A program made the position numbers and the translations under genes. A stretch of 64,000 bases of DNA from positions 32,001 through 96,000 of the forward strand of contig CAVTMK010000002.1 of NCBI GenBank assembly GCA_963735805.1. Reading direction: 5' to 3'. The DNA is from an uncultured Verrucomicrobiae bacterium (GTDB taxonomy: Bacteria; Verrucomicrobiota; Verrucomicrobiia; Chthoniobacterales; UBA10450). Below, one piece after another: positions 47,986 through 58,696 of this stretch (position 1 is the stretch's first letter; each line of letters starts with the position of its first letter). The notes beneath the pieces were generated by a model. That model did not search any database, had not been told where the DNA came from, and saw nothing but the letters and a program-made list of their open reading frames with translations.

Positions 47986-49569
47986 ATGCATCAAGCGGAA
48001 ATTATCGTTCTTCTATTCACGGTTGTCGCGGCATCGGTCTTTGTTGCGCGCAAGATGGCGCTGCCGTATCCGGTCGTGCTGGTGCTTGTGGGGTTGGTCT
48101 TGAGTTTCGTTCCACGTTTGCCCGAGGTGAAACTCGATCCAAACATCGTTTTCTATTTCTTTTTGCCGCCTCTGCTTTATCCAGCCGCATTGTTCACTTC
48201 GTGGCGCGATTTTCGGCGAAATCTGCGGCCAATTGTCATGCTCGCTATTGGGTTGGTGCTTTTCACGATGATCGTAGTCGCCTCCGTGGCGCACTCGCTT
48301 ATTCCATCCTTGCCGTGGGCGGCAGCTTTTGCCTTGGGCGCAATCGTTTCTCCTCCTGATGCGGTTGCGGCTACGAGTATAATTCGCCGGCTGGCGGTGC
48401 CGCACCGGACCGTCAGCATTCTGGAAGGCGAAAGCCTGTTGAACGACGCCACAGCGCTGGTGGCGTTGCAGTTTGCGGTGGTAGCGATGATGACAGGCAA
48501 ATTCTCACTTGGCCAGGCATCGTTGCGTTTCGTCTGGGCTGCGGCAGGCGGAATCGGACTCGGCTTGCTCGTGGGCGTGGCGATTCGATGGGTTCAGCGA
48601 CATCTTGACGATCCACCGGTCCAAATCACTATTTCATTGCTTACGCCGTTTCTCGCGTATTTGCCGGCAGAGCGCTTGCACGCCTCGGGCGTCCTGGCCG
48701 TGGTTGCCGCCGGAATTTATCTTGGCTGGCACTCCCCATTGATTGTGACGGCGCGATATCGTTTGCAGGCATTCGCCTTCTGGGAAATCGTGGTCTTCCT
48801 TCTGAACGGTTTTGTTTTCACGGCTATCGGTCTTCAATTGCCGGGAATTTTGAGATCGCTCGGAAGCGAATCTCTTCTTTCGCCCATTGAGAATGCGCTT
48901 CTCATTAGTGCTGCGGTTGTGCTGGTACGGATCGCGTGGGTTTTTCCAGGCGCATATCTGCCGTTTTTGCTGCACAAGAGAGTGCGTCGACGCGAGCCTC
49001 TCCCGGAGTGGCAAGATGTGACGGTCATGGCCTGGTCGGGAATGCGCGGGGTGGTCTCGCTGGCGGCCGCATTTGCTCTTCCCTATGTCTTACCGGACGG
49101 CAGCCCGTTCCCAGGAAGAAACTATATTTTGTTTCTGACGTTTGCTGTGATTTTAGTGACCCTGTTGTTCCAAGGTCTGACGCTACCGATCGTGATCCAA
49201 AAACTTTGCATCAAAGCCGATAATTCAACCGACGAAGAGGAGCGAACCGCACGGTTAAAAGCCAACCAGGCGGCAATCGAATCGATCGAACAGCTTCGTG
49301 TCAGCGGCGAGTTTTCTCCCGATACGGTGGATCGTTTGCGCGCCGAGTACGACGAACGCGTCGAGCAATTGCAACTTTGCGCCGAAAACCCCGACGATTG
49401 CCGCGGCGAAATCGCGACACCACAATATCAGCGTTTGCAACGCCGGGCCCTTCGTGTTGAAAGGCAAACCATCATTCGTTTACGAAACGAGCGCGTGATC
49501 AACGACGATGCATTGCGGCGTATTCAGCGTGACCTGGATCTTGCAGAAGCGCGCCTCACCGGAAGTTAG
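47986..49569 (+). CDS. Na+/H+ antiporter, CPA1 family
   Basis: FLPPLLY, LGAIVSPPDAVA, ILEGESLLNDA, SGVLAVV, WSGMRGVVSLAAA, QGLTL. Confidence 0.93.
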   Translation: MHQAEIIVLLFTVVAASVFVARKMALPYPVVLVLVGLVLSFVPRLPEVKLDPNIVFYFFLPPLLYPAALFTSWRDFRRNLRPIVMLAIGLVLFTMIVVASVAHSLIPSLPWAAAFALGAIVSPPDAVAATSIIRRLAVPHRTVSILEGESLLNDATALVALQFAVVAMMTGKFSLGQASLRFVWAAAGGIGLGLLVGVAIRWVQRHLDDPPVQITISLLTPFLAYLPAERLHASGVLAVVAAGIYLGWHSPLIVTARYRLQAFAFWEIVVFLLNGFVFTAIGLQLPGILRSLGSESLLSPIENALLISAAVVLVRIAWVFPGAYLPFLLHKRVRRREPLPEWQDVTVMAWSGMRGVVSLAAAFALPYVLPDGSPFPGRNYILFLTFAVILVTLLFQGLTLPIVIQKLCIKADNSTDEEERTARLKANQAAIESIEQLRVSGEFSPDTVDRLRAEYDERVEQLQLCAENPDDCRGEIATPQYQRLQRRALRVERQTIIRLRNERVINDDALRRIQRDLDLAEARLTGS

Positions 49570-49651
49570 AGGTTGAGATTTAGGAGCAGGAATGCAGTGG
49601 GGCACAAGATCGCGACCGCGGGTTTAAACACTGGCCCTAACACCAGTCATA

Positions 49652-50536
49652 CTAAAAACCGTACCGTGTTGGCCAATCTTTGGCTGGTCCGCCCAGCTGC
49701 GTAGCACAGGTTTTCAGTTCTTTCTTGAAGACTTTAGCCAGGTGCGATCGTACGTTATCTGGCAGGGGCAGCTTCTCCATCCTTGTCCAACTGTTATAAT
49801 CCGCCGGCAATCGATTGCCTGGCTTGTCGGGATCAGCACCCAGGAAACGAACGATAGAGCGCCGCAGTTCAGCAGGATCGGTTTGCAGATCATCAAAGAA
49901 ATAGACCCGAAACTGCTCCGGATGGACACGGCGTTTCCAGCGCGCTACGACGGCACTCGGGTACGAACGCAACCGCATCCCGCGGCGGAACAAATTCCGA
50001 TCAACTTCGTCGATGTCAGATACATCGAACGGCTCAATCTGGCGGTAATGCACTTCCATGGACAAATGTGACCACACTCGCTCAACTGGATCGCGCGCCA
50101 AAAAAATCACCTTTAGGTCCGGGAAGTATCCGACAACTTGCCGAATGACGTCGTCACTGAGCGTCGAATAATTTGGCGAAATATCGCCTGAAAGATGCGA
50201 TGCCTTGGCTTCAAATAGGCGCCCATAATTCTCAAGGTCGATATCTGATTCAACGCTAAGGCTCTCGAGTTGCTTCAGAAATCGAAGATCGCGATCATCT
50301 CTGCAGCGTGGACGAGCTGCGCGTTGAACTCTGCTGAGCTGATCAAAGTAATGAAGTTCCTTAACAGGAGGCATCCAGAAATCAGGATGGGAATCGAGTT
50401 GCTGATAAAGCCATGTGGTTCCGGCTTTATGGGCTCCAATACACAAAAAATCGGGCGCCGCAGCGCTGGGAGACAAGTTCGCTTCCTTATTTCTTCCATT
50501 GCGACCGCGAGTATTGAACGGCCAGGCCCATCTCAC
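49652..50536 (-). CDS. Sulfotransferase family protein
   Basis: 5'-PSB PDFLCIGAHKAGTTWL, KELHYFD, GDISPNY, 3'-PB RDPVERVWS. Confidence 0.9.
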   Translation of the reverse strand: MRWAWPFNTRGRNGRNKEANLSPSAAAPDFLCIGAHKAGTTWLYQQLDSHPDFWMPPVKELHYFDQLSRVQRAARPRCRDDRDLRFLKQLESLSVESDIDLENYGRLFEAKASHLSGDISPNYSTLSDDVIRQVVGYFPDLKVIFLARDPVERVWSHLSMEVHYRQIEPFDVSDIDEVDRNLFRRGMRLRSYPSAVVARWKRRVHPEQFRVYFFDDLQTDPAELRRSIVRFLGADPDKPGNRLPADYNSWTRMEKLPLPDNVRSHLAKVFKKELKTCATQLGGPAKDWPTRYGF

Positions 50537-50602
50537 GTTTCATTCCCTCCCCGTTAAAGTTTATGGCACGGACATTGCGCCATGGTGAATCGCGTCGGCG
50601 TC

Positions 50603-51553
50603 TCACGTCATCCAATCGCACCAGAATAGAATGTCGAAGTCGTCCAGCACCTTAACGAAGAGGATGAGTAACGAAAAGCCGTATCGCGAGGGCCATTGTT
50701 TCGCCGGGCCGCCCAATTCTGCAGCGCAAGCTTTCAATTCCTGTTCAAAAAACTTCGCTACACGGGATCTGACTTGTTCGGTAAGCCGAAGTTTGACCCT
50801 GTTGGTGTCCTTGTTGTCGTCCACCTTCAATCGTCCACTGGGCTTGTTCGGGTCGGCATCCAGAAAAAGAAGGATCGAACGCCGCAGTTCAGCAGGATTT
50901 TTCTCAAGGTCATCAAAGAAATAAATTCGGAAAAGATCTGGACGAACGTAGCGTCTCCAGCGCGCGATGATCTTACTGGGATGTGAACGGAGGAGAACGC
51001 CTGGATTGAGCAAATTTCGGATCACTTCGTCAGCATCGGTGGCGTCAAATGGACTGATCATTCCGAGACGAATGCCCATCGACAATTGTGACCAGGCTCT
51101 CTCCACCGGATCGCGAGCTAGAAAGATCACCTTCAGATCCGGGAAGGAATTGACGACTCGCTGAATGATCTCATCGCTTACTGTCGAATAGGCTGGCGAG
51201 ATATCACCAGAGACAAGCGATCCCTTATGCTCGAACAGCCGCCCGTAATTCTCCAGATCGATGTAAGACAAAGCGCTCAGGTTTTTCATGCCGTCCAGAA
51301 AGGAAGCGTCGCGCTGGTCTCTGCATCTTGGAGGATGGAACCGTCTTGTTCGGTTCAGACTATTCAGATAGTGCAGTTCCTTTACCGGTGGCATCCAGAA
51401 ATCAGGATGTCGCTCAAGCTGCCGATAAAGCCACGACGTTCCGCCCTTCTGCGCTCCCACGCACAGGAAGTCGGGATAGGCATCGCCCAAGTGATTATCT
51501 CCTCCGTTGCGATTGTTACTTACGCGAGGTTTGAACGGCAAGGTCCAATGCAT
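50603..51553 (-). CDS. Sulfotransferase family protein (tandem paralog)
   Basis: PDFLCVGAQKGGTSWL, KELHY, GDISPAY, RDPVERAWS. Start chosen at MHWTLPF by alignment with the paralog's MRWAWPF. Confidence 0.9.
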   Translation of the reverse strand: MHWTLPFKPRVSNNRNGGDNHLGDAYPDFLCVGAQKGGTSWLYRQLERHPDFWMPPVKELHYLNSLNRTRRFHPPRCRDQRDASFLDGMKNLSALSYIDLENYGRLFEHKGSLVSGDISPAYSTVSDEIIQRVVNSFPDLKVIFLARDPVERAWSQLSMGIRLGMISPFDATDADEVIRNLLNPGVLLRSHPSKIIARWRRYVRPDLFRIYFFDDLEKNPAELRRSILLFLDADPNKPSGRLKVDDNKDTNRVKLRLTEQVRSRVAKFFEQELKACAAELGGPAKQWPSRYGFSLLILFVKVLDDFDILFWCDWMT

Positions 51554-51668
51554 GGCCGCATTATTTTGCATCCCGCGGTCAAAAAGCAAGATCAGTCGCG
51601 GCTCGGTAGTTGCGAAGCGTGAATTGACCTGCTTGCACCGGTCGCGATGAATCGGGAAATTGTCACCA

Positions 51669-52328
51669 ATGAACGACACTGCCGGTCATCGCGTTTTTCT
51701 TCTTTCACCAGCGTATGCGGGCGGGGAACGAGCGCGAATGGTTCTGAGTGACCGGGCGGAATTCGAACTCGCGCGAAAATTGCGCGCCAAACGCGGCGCG
51801 CCAATTGGAGAGGTGTTCACCTTTCTCAGCGGCCTCTACTTTCGCGGTAAGATTGCATATGCAACGAAATTCGCCCGGCCTGTACCTGGAATACCTGGTG
51901 TGTTTGTGATCACGCCCACCCGGGGTCTGGTGGACGCCACAACTCGCATTCGTCTCGATGACCTGCGCGAGTTTGCAGCGGTCGATATTCACAGTGACGA
52001 CCCGCGTTTTCGAACACCGATTGAGCGAGACGCGCGTGTCCTCGAAAAAAAACTTCCCCGTCAGAGCGAGATAATTCTTCTGGGCAGCATCGCCACAGGA
52101 AAATATGTGAACGTCTTGCTTGCGACTTTTCGTGAGCGGCTTCGATTTCCGGTTGACTTTGTCGGGCGCGGCGACATGAGCCGCGGCGGATTAATGTTGC
52201 GCTGTGCAGCAGACCGACAGGAACTCCGATACATCGCGGTGGCAGGCGCGATTGTTAATGGAAAACGCCCGCCCAAGCTGGCGCCGCGCAGACATCAGAC
52301 TTCGTTGGGATCCGCCATCCGAACTTGA
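51669..52328 (+). CDS. Conserved hypothetical protein
   Basis: Globular-looking ORF with motif-like segments FLLSPA, SGLYFRGK, LLGSIATGKY, GRGDMSRGGLMLR. Confidence 0.75.
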   Translation: MNDTAGHRVFLLSPAYAGGERARMVLSDRAEFELARKLRAKRGAPIGEVFTFLSGLYFRGKIAYATKFARPVPGIPGVFVITPTRGLVDATTRIRLDDLREFAAVDIHSDDPRFRTPIERDARVLEKKLPRQSEIILLGSIATGKYVNVLLATFRERLRFPVDFVGRGDMSRGGLMLRCAADRQELRYIAVAGAIVNGKRPPKLAPRRHQTSLGSAIRT

Positions 52329-52457
52329 ACCAGGCGGTCGATTCAAATGTAACGATTCCCGATGCGGTGTTCCCTGTCGATTTGTTTTGCGTCGCGGGCT
52401 GGTACTGTCTTATCTTAGAGTTCTTGCTGTTTTCCTCAGCAAAAATTCCTGGATGAT

Positions 52458-52910
52458 ATGGACGTTAGCGGCACCATCGGCGCGATTCTGAGACAGAAAC
52501 ACACCGATATTTTCTCAGTTCGCTCCGACGCAACGGTCTTTGAAGCGATTGAAATGATGGAGGAAAAGAATGTCGGCGCGTTGTTGGTAATGGATGGAGA
52601 GAAATTGAGCGGGATCATTTCCGAACGCGATTACACTCGCAAAGTGTTCCTCCGTGGTAAACGTTCCCGCGAAACGAAAGTTTCCGAGATCATGTCGACC
52701 AACGTGACCGTTACGCATCTGCGCGAACCGGTGGAGAAATGTCTGCGTCTGATGACGGACAAACACATTCGCCATCTGCCGGTGGTCGAAGGCGACCAAG
52801 TTGTGGGTGTGATCTCGATCGGGGACCTCGTCAAGCACGTCATTTCCTGCCAGCAGGCCGCAATCGCGCACTTGGAAAACTACATCCAGGGCGGATTCGC
52901 AACTGGGTGA
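52458..52910 (+). CDS. CBS domain pair protein
   Basis: NVGALLV, GIISERDY.RK, IRHLPVV, GVISIGDLVK. Confidence 0.93.
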   Translation: MDVSGTIGAILRQKHTDIFSVRSDATVFEAIEMMEEKNVGALLVMDGEKLSGIISERDYTRKVFLRGKRSRETKVSEIMSTNVTVTHLREPVEKCLRLMTDKHIRHLPVVEGDQVVGVISIGDLVKHVISCQQAAIAHLENYIQGGFATG

Positions 52911-52968
52911 GCGCAGCTGCCTCGCTGTGTCGAGGCGTGGGTTTCGCCTCTGCCGCACGGTCCCGTGA

Positions 52969-54273
52969 CTACGCCTCCCAGACAGTTTTCCCGCCGACAA
53001 TCGTTCGCACCGCGCGACCTTTCAGTTTCCAGTCATCAAACGGCGAATTTCGGGAAGCCGATTGAAATTGATCCAGTCTAACAGTCCACTTTAAACCCGG
53101 ATCGATTAGCGTGATATCGGCGCGCGTCCCAGGCGACAACGTGCCCGCATCCAGCTTCAACAAACGCGCTGGCTCGACGGTGTACATTTCGATCAAACGC
53201 ACAATATCGATCTTACCGTGTTTATGCACGAGTAGATCGATGAAAAGGCCGAGCTCCGTCTCCAATCCAATGACACCGAATGGCGCGATGTCGAACTCGA
53301 CTTCCTTTTCGAAATCCGCGTGCGGCGCATGATCAGAACATAGGATCGACAATGTCCCATCGGCAATGCCCTCCAGCAGCGCATCCACATCTGTTTGCGA
53401 ACGCAGCGGAGGGTTCATTTTATGGTTTGTGTCGAAATTTTGGATCGCTTCGTCGGTTAACGCGATGTGATGCGGGCAAACCTCGCCGCTTATTTTTACG
53501 CCGCGCGCGCGCGCTTCGCGAAGCAATCGCACGCTTCCAGCTGTTGTGAGGTGTTGGCAATGAATCGGGTGTCCACAAAGCTCCGCGAGCAAAATGTTGC
53601 GCATCACCATCGCTTCTTCGCCCGCAGCGGGCCAGCCCGGTAAACCAAGCAGCGTGCTCCAGTAACCTTCGTGCACAACTCCGTTACCGACCAGGTTGTA
53701 ATCCTGACAATGGTCGAGAACCGGCACACCTACCATACGTGCATACTCCACCGCGCGCCGCATCACTTCATGGTTTTGAACGCAATGACCGTCATCGGTG
53801 ATTGCCACCACGCCCGCCGTTGCAAGGGATCCAATTGGCGCCAGCTCTTCGCCTGCGAGATTCTTTGAAATTGCACCAGTGGGCACAACGCTTACACAAG
53901 CCACTTCTGTCGCGCGATCTTTGATCCACGCAATTGTGCTTGGATTGTCCGCGGCCGGCGAAGTATTCGGCATGCAAACGATGGTGGTAAATCCTCCGGC
54001 CGCTGCCGCGCGGGCGCCCGATTCAATTGTTTCCTTGTAACTGAAACCAGGCTCGCGCAGATGCACGTGCATGTCGATCAAGCCGGGTGCAACGATCAAA
54101 CCTTTCGCGTCAATTTCCTCTACTTCGGATTTTCCGCCGCGGTGGATGAACTCCCTGCGGATTGCAGATTGAGCCGCAGCGATTTTTCCATCAACGATCA
54201 CAAGATCAGAAATTTCGTCCCTCTTGTTTGCGGGATCGACCACGCGGCCGTTTCGGATAATTGTCGTACTCAC
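52969..54273 (-). CDS. pyrC: Dihydroorotase
   Basis: GTG start overlapping pyrB stop; [43 protein letters not shown]. Confidence 0.95.
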   Translation of the reverse strand: MSTTIIRNGRVVDPANKRDEISDLVIVDGKIAAAQSAIRREFIHRGGKSEVEEIDAKGLIVAPGLIDMHVHLREPGFSYKETIESGARAAAAGGFTTIVCMPNTSPAADNPSTIAWIKDRATEVACVSVVPTGAISKNLAGEELAPIGSLATAGVVAITDDGHCVQNHEVMRRAVEYARMVGVPVLDHCQDYNLVGNGVVHEGYWSTLLGLPGWPAAGEEAMVMRNILLAELCGHPIHCQHLTTAGSVRLLREARARGVKISGEVCPHHIALTDEAIQNFDTNHKMNPPLRSQTDVDALLEGIADGTLSILCSDHAPHADFEKEVEFDIAPFGVIGLETELGLFIDLLVHKHGKIDIVRLIEMYTVEPARLLKLDAGTLSPGTRADITLIDPGLKWTVRLDQFQSASRNSPFDDWKLKGRAVRTIVGGKTVWEA

Positions 54274-55199
54274 GGCGAAATTCCTCCGCAGAGGTAGAGA
54301 ACGGCCATGCGCACTGCCAGACCGTTGGTCACCTGATCGAGAATGACGCTGTGCAATCCGTCGGCGACCTCGCTGTCGATTTCGACGCCACGATTGATGG
54401 GACCCGGATGCATGATCAGACAATCCGGCTTCAAGAGTTTTGCGCGTTCTTTAGTCAGACCGAACAAGCGAATGTATTCGCCGATGCCGGGAAAATATTC
54501 TCTGCGCTGCCGTTCGTGCTGGATGCGCAACAGATTCACCACGTCAGCTTTTGGGAGCACATCCTCGATCTTGTGCGAAATCTCGACGCCAAGTTTCTCA
54601 AACTCGCGCGGAACCAATGTGCTCGGACCGATCAGTGTCACGTGCGCCCCTAGCTTCAGCAGACCGAAAATATTCGAGCGTGCCACGCGACTGAATAAAA
54701 TGTCCCCGATGATGGCCACGCGCAGGCCTGCGATTTTTTGTCTGCGCTCGCGGATCGTGTAAAGATCGAGAAGCGCCTGTGTTGGGTGCTCGTGTGCGCC
54801 ATCGCCTGCGTTGATCACGCTCGCTTGAAGCCGGTTTGCCAGAAACTGCGGTGCACCAGCAGAACTATGTCGAAGCACCAGAATGTCTGTGTGGAGCGCT
54901 TCCAGATTACATGCAGTGTCCTTGAGGGTTTCGCCTTTGGTCAGGCTGGAGGTCGTTGCCGAGATATTGATCACGTCCGCGCTCAATCGAAGCGCAGCCA
55001 GCTCAAACGATGTACGCGTTCGCGTACTTGGTTCGACGAAGAAATTTACCAGCGTCTTCCCCCGCAGAGCGGGTACCTTTTTGATCTCGCGGGTACCGAC
55101 CTGTTTGAATGCGTCGGTGGTTTCGAGAATAAAATTGATTTCGTCGGCCGAGAGTTCGCGCAGACCGAGCAAATCTTTTCGTGTCCAGCGCGTCGTCAT
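54270..55199 (-). CDS. pyrB: Aspartate carbamoyltransferase catalytic subunit
   Basis: [57 protein letters not shown]. Confidence 0.97.
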   Translation of the reverse strand: MTTRWTRKDLLGLRELSADEINFILETTDAFKQVGTREIKKVPALRGKTLVNFFVEPSTRTRTSFELAALRLSADVINISATTSSLTKGETLKDTACNLEALHTDILVLRHSSAGAPQFLANRLQASVINAGDGAHEHPTQALLDLYTIRERRQKIAGLRVAIIGDILFSRVARSNIFGLLKLGAHVTLIGPSTLVPREFEKLGVEISHKIEDVLPKADVVNLLRIQHERQRREYFPGIGEYIRLFGLTKERAKLLKPDCLIMHPGPINRGVEIDSEVADGLHSVILDQVTNGLAVRMAVLYLCGGISP

Positions 55200-55236
55200 T
55201 GGGTTTGGGTGCTTCCCGGAATCATTGTTTTCGCGC

Positions 55237-55800
55237 TCATGATTTTTCGAGGCCCACTTCGTCGGCCACGCCGTCGGTTTGCTCGAGCCGTACCCGTACT
55301 TTTTCATTGCCCGAAGTCGGCAGGTTCTTGCCAACGTAATCCGGGCGAATGGGCAGCTCGCGATGGCCGCGGTCAATTAGTACCGCGAGTTGAATTCGGG
55401 CGGGCCGTCCGAATGAATTGATGGCGTCCATCGCAGCGCGAACAGTGCGTCCGGTATAAAGAACGTCATCGACTACGACGACCGTGCGTTCCTCCAGCGG
55501 CAGTGGAAGTTTTGATTCGCGCACAATCGGCAATTCAGAGCGCGTTCCCACGTCATCGCGATGCATCGCCACGTCGATTACTCCGGTTTCAACACTGATC
55601 TTTTCGATCTCGTGAATGAAAGCCGCGATGCGTTGGGCGATCTCCACGCCACGCGACGGAATTCCCGCCAGCACAACGTGTGTCAATTGCGGGTTTCGCT
55701 CAATAATTTCGTGAGCGATTCGTCGAAACGCCCTGCGAATTGCCTCCGCGTCCATGATCGGGACGGCGGCATCAGATGTTTTTTGTTTTGTTTGGCTCAT
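55237..55800 (-). CDS. pyrR: Bifunctional pyr operon regulator/uracil phosphoribosyltransferase
   Basis: [48 protein letters not shown]. Confidence 0.97.
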   Translation of the reverse strand: MSQTKQKTSDAAVPIMDAEAIRRAFRRIAHEIIERNPQLTHVVLAGIPSRGVEIAQRIAAFIHEIEKISVETGVIDVAMHRDDVGTRSELPIVRESKLPLPLEERTVVVVDDVLYTGRTVRAAMDAINSFGRPARIQLAVLIDRGHRELPIRPDYVGKNLPTSGNEKVRVRLEQTDGVADEVGLEKS

Positions 55801-55804
55801 GCTT

Positions 55805-55839
55805 TTCCTTGGCGATCTCGCTGGATCGCATTAAAGGAA
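55805..55839 (-). promoter_or_regulatory. PyrR-binding RNA hairpin overlapping the pyrR ribosome-binding site
   Basis: Minus strand TTCCTT-TAAT-GCGATC-CAGCGA-GATCGC-C-AAGGAA resembles the PyrR loop consensus (CUUUAA...UCCnGnGAG...AAGG); its 3' arm AAGGA lies 5 nt before the ATG. Confidence 0.8.
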
Positions 55840-55847
55840 CAAAAAAA

Positions 55848-56105
55848 TTAGGAGGCGGACTTTTCGGTGCGCGCCTCCTTTCTTCGTCGCTCTCGCCAGT
55901 TGGAGCGATGTTTGACGATCCAGTCCAGCAAGGCCTTTTCAAAGCCGATATCTTTTCCGGCTTTTTCGCTCTCAATCCACTTATGCTTCAGGATCTCAGC
56001 ACGTTCCGCGAGAAACTCCTTGTACAGGACCGAATTCCTAACAAATTGGGATTGAGCCTCCTCTGAAGATGGCATCTCTGGATTCTCTTTCATAAAATCT
56101 GGCAC
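55848..56105 (-). CDS. Small DUF4032-like protein
   Basis: EILKHKWIESEKAGKDIGFEKALLDW motif. Start uncertain (56105 or 56093). Confidence 0.75.
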   Translation of the reverse strand: MPDFMKENPEMPSSEEAQSQFVRNSVLYKEFLAERAEILKHKWIESEKAGKDIGFEKALLDWIVKHRSNWRERRRKEARTEKSAS

Positions 56106-56193
56106 GAGTCAACAAAATCGAGCCAATTGGATTCGACGAAGGAAGCGCATTGTTTATTTAACTCTCATTCACGCCAGGGAGTTGCGGCTCTCA

Positions 56194-57234
56194 TTATGGC
56201 AGCGTCTTACGGAGCTTTTCGGCGATTTTCTTGAACTCTGCCGTGACCGGGGATTCTCGATCTTCTCCCACGATTGGGATCCCGCGATCGCCCGACTCGC
56301 GCGTGGCGATGTCGATGGGAATTTGACCGAGCAACGGGACGCGGAGTCGCTTCGCTTCGCGTTCGCCGCCGCCACTCCCAAAGATATGGTAGCGTTTACT
56401 GTCTGAGGGAGAGATGAAATAACTCATATTCTCGATCAGCCCGAGCACCGGCACGTTGACCTTGTCGAACATGGTGGCTGCTTTGCGGGCATCGATGAGG
56501 GCAACTTCCTGAGGTGTGGTGACAATAATTGCGCCGGACAGCGCGACTGTCTGTACGATGGTGAGCTGGATGTCGCCGGTTCCCGGAGGCAAATCGAGCA
56601 CCAGATAATCCAGTTCGCCCCATTCGACCTGTCGGAGAAATTGTTGGGTGTAGCGCGTCACCATTGGTCCGCGCAAGATCGCCGGCGAAGCATCGTCGAG
56701 CAGAAATCCCATCGACATCAGTCGCAAACCGTATTGCTCGATTGGGACAATCTTGTTTTCTTCAGTGGCCATTGGACGCTCGCGCGTACCGAACATCAAC
56801 GAAATGCTTGGTCCGTAGATGTCGCAATCGCATAGGCCTACACGCGCGCCGGTTTGCTCCATCGCGACCGCCAGGTTTGCCGCGACAGTCGATTTGCCGA
56901 CGCCGCCTTTACCGCTTGCCACTGCAATCACATGCTTGATTCCAGGGATTCGCGCTGCGTCCATGCCGGTGCCAGCGCCTGCTGGTGGCGCATGAATATC
57001 GATCAAGACCTTTGCGCGTTGAACGCCGGCGATCGTTCGCAGCGCTTTTTCGGCGTCGTCCTTAATCGCCGACGGAATATTCGGATCGTTCGTCGCCAAC
57101 GCGACCTGTACTTTGACCTCGCCATTCTCGATCTGGACCGATTTCACAAGGCCGAATGAAACAATATCGCGAGTAAACCCCGGATATTTCACCGACTTCA
57201 AAGCGTTCTTCACCTGCTCCTCAGAAATCGTCAT
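56194..57234 (-). CDS. mrp: Mrp/NBP35 (ApbC) family ATPase with N-terminal DUF59-like domain
   Basis: VASGKGGVGKST, DIYGPS, LRGPM, WGELDYLVLDLPPGTGD, VTTPQ, ENMSYF. Confidence 0.93.
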   Translation of the reverse strand: MTISEEQVKNALKSVKYPGFTRDIVSFGLVKSVQIENGEVKVQVALATNDPNIPSAIKDDAEKALRTIAGVQRAKVLIDIHAPPAGAGTGMDAARIPGIKHVIAVASGKGGVGKSTVAANLAVAMEQTGARVGLCDCDIYGPSISLMFGTRERPMATEENKIVPIEQYGLRLMSMGFLLDDASPAILRGPMVTRYTQQFLRQVEWGELDYLVLDLPPGTGDIQLTIVQTVALSGAIIVTTPQEVALIDARKAATMFDKVNVPVLGLIENMSYFISPSDSKRYHIFGSGGGEREAKRLRVPLLGQIPIDIATRESGDRGIPIVGEDRESPVTAEFKKIAEKLRKTLP

Positions 57235-57323
57235 ATCAGAAACCTACGCGCGCCCGCGCTATAGGTAAACCGCGCTTACCAACGCGTTGAGGATAAAGCG
57301 TTCCACCCGCATGGCGCTCAACT

Positions 57324-58073
57324 TTATCGTTCCTGATAATCCACTTTGTAGCGAATCTGATACTCGCGTCCACCAGTGGGACGGGAAGGTTGCGCGCCTT
57401 CCTTCGCCACAAAATCCGGGCCCTGCCAGTCGGACCAGGCGCGGTATTTCTCCCGCATCGGGTTAGCCGGCAGTTTGAGACGGAAAATCCGATCTTCCTG
57501 GCCAGGAAATTTGAGGACGAAAAGACGCTGCGAAGTTCGGAAATAAAGTTCGACGTAACCGGCGCGCGCGGCTGGATCTTGAGGCGCGTCCGTATGCCAA
57601 TATCCCGGCATTGGCATCCGGTTGCGAGGTGTATCAAGTTCCGGTTGAACATCCCTGAGACTTTCGACGGACTGCCCAGCCGGCGTTTTTACTTCAAATT
57701 CCATGAGGGGCGTCGGCCCATTGATGTTTAGGACATGCGGTTGACCGGCATACCAAATTCCGAAACCGGACACCGCAATCATACCGAGCGATAAACAAAC
57801 CGTCATCAATCCGGCAAAAAGCCAAAGCCCGCGTATGCCGCGCCAGTAAAGCGTGAGCAGGATCAGACCCGGCGCGACGATGCACGTCACGATGATTGCG
57901 ACCGCAGCGGCAAAATAAGCCGCCTCACCTTCAAAGCTCGAGACATGAAACGCAGCAGCGAGAGCCGCGCCCAAAGCAAAGCCGAGAAATAATCCGGCCG
58001 CGATGCCGATAATCCCGGCAAGAATCCCGAAAAGAATGGCGCTGACGGAGAGTTTCTTCGTCGCGGGCTGCAC
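57324..58073 (-). CDS. Hypothetical membrane protein
   Basis: Three N-terminal hydrophobic helices plus a soluble C-terminal domain. Confidence 0.7.
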   Translation of the reverse strand: MQPATKKLSVSAILFGILAGIIGIAAGLFLGFALGAALAAAFHVSSFEGEAAYFAAAVAIIVTCIVAPGLILLTLYWRGIRGLWLFAGLMTVCLSLGMIAVSGFGIWYAGQPHVLNINGPTPLMEFEVKTPAGQSVESLRDVQPELDTPRNRMPMPGYWHTDAPQDPAARAGYVELYFRTSQRLFVLKFPGQEDRIFRLKLPANPMREKYRAWSDWQGPDFVAKEGAQPSRPTGGREYQIRYKVDYQER

Positions 58074-58081
58074 GGGAATGA

Positions 58082-58534
58082 TCAGGGCGAATGTGCCGAG
58101 ACACGGCTCCGAAGAAGATCGATTCGCTCATGCGTCTTTTGGATTTCAACAACGAGACCAGAATAATTCCATTCACCGAGCGATTTAATTGCTGCCACAT
58201 AAATCGTTGCTTTTCCTTTCGGGCCGGAGATGGGGATGGAGAGGTTCGCTTCACCGGATGCGCCGTTAACGTTTGTGTTTCCAGAAACGAGAAACCCTTC
58301 TTTAATCGGTGATCCGAGGGCCTCGATTACAGAAGGGTGCGCTTCCACCCGGGCTAAGGCGTCTTTATAAACATCTGTCGATTTCATCGCACTGAACACG
58401 ACCAACGCGATTGAGCCAACAAAAGCGAAGAGTAACACGATCGTGCCTAAACAACCGACCGGAACGAACCATTTCCAATTTCGGGTCCACCAATTGAGTC
58501 TTAATGCTGAAGGAGCTGGCGATGTCTGTTCCAC
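58082..58534 (-). CDS. Coa1-like (cytochrome oxidase assembly factor 1 family) membrane protein
   Basis: WW.RNWKWFVPVGCL, TM helix, LGSPI..G...SG, G.A.LSIPISGPKGKAT. Confidence 0.75.
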   Translation of the reverse strand: MEQTSPAPSALRLNWWTRNWKWFVPVGCLGTIVLLFAFVGSIALVVFSAMKSTDVYKDALARVEAHPSVIEALGSPIKEGFLVSGNTNVNGASGEANLSIPISGPKGKATIYVAAIKSLGEWNYSGLVVEIQKTHERIDLLRSRVSAHSP

Positions 58535-58696
58535 GGAGCTGTTTTACTTTAATCGCCAAACCTTTTGCAACCGATCTCTTTGCTGCGCTGCGATCTACGC
58601 TTGACGGACTCAGTCGCTGCAGGCCTGGCGTCACAAGTAGTCTCGGCAGTCGCAAGAGACAGGTAGGTAGCTGAATCAATATTTTCAGGGCCGCAC

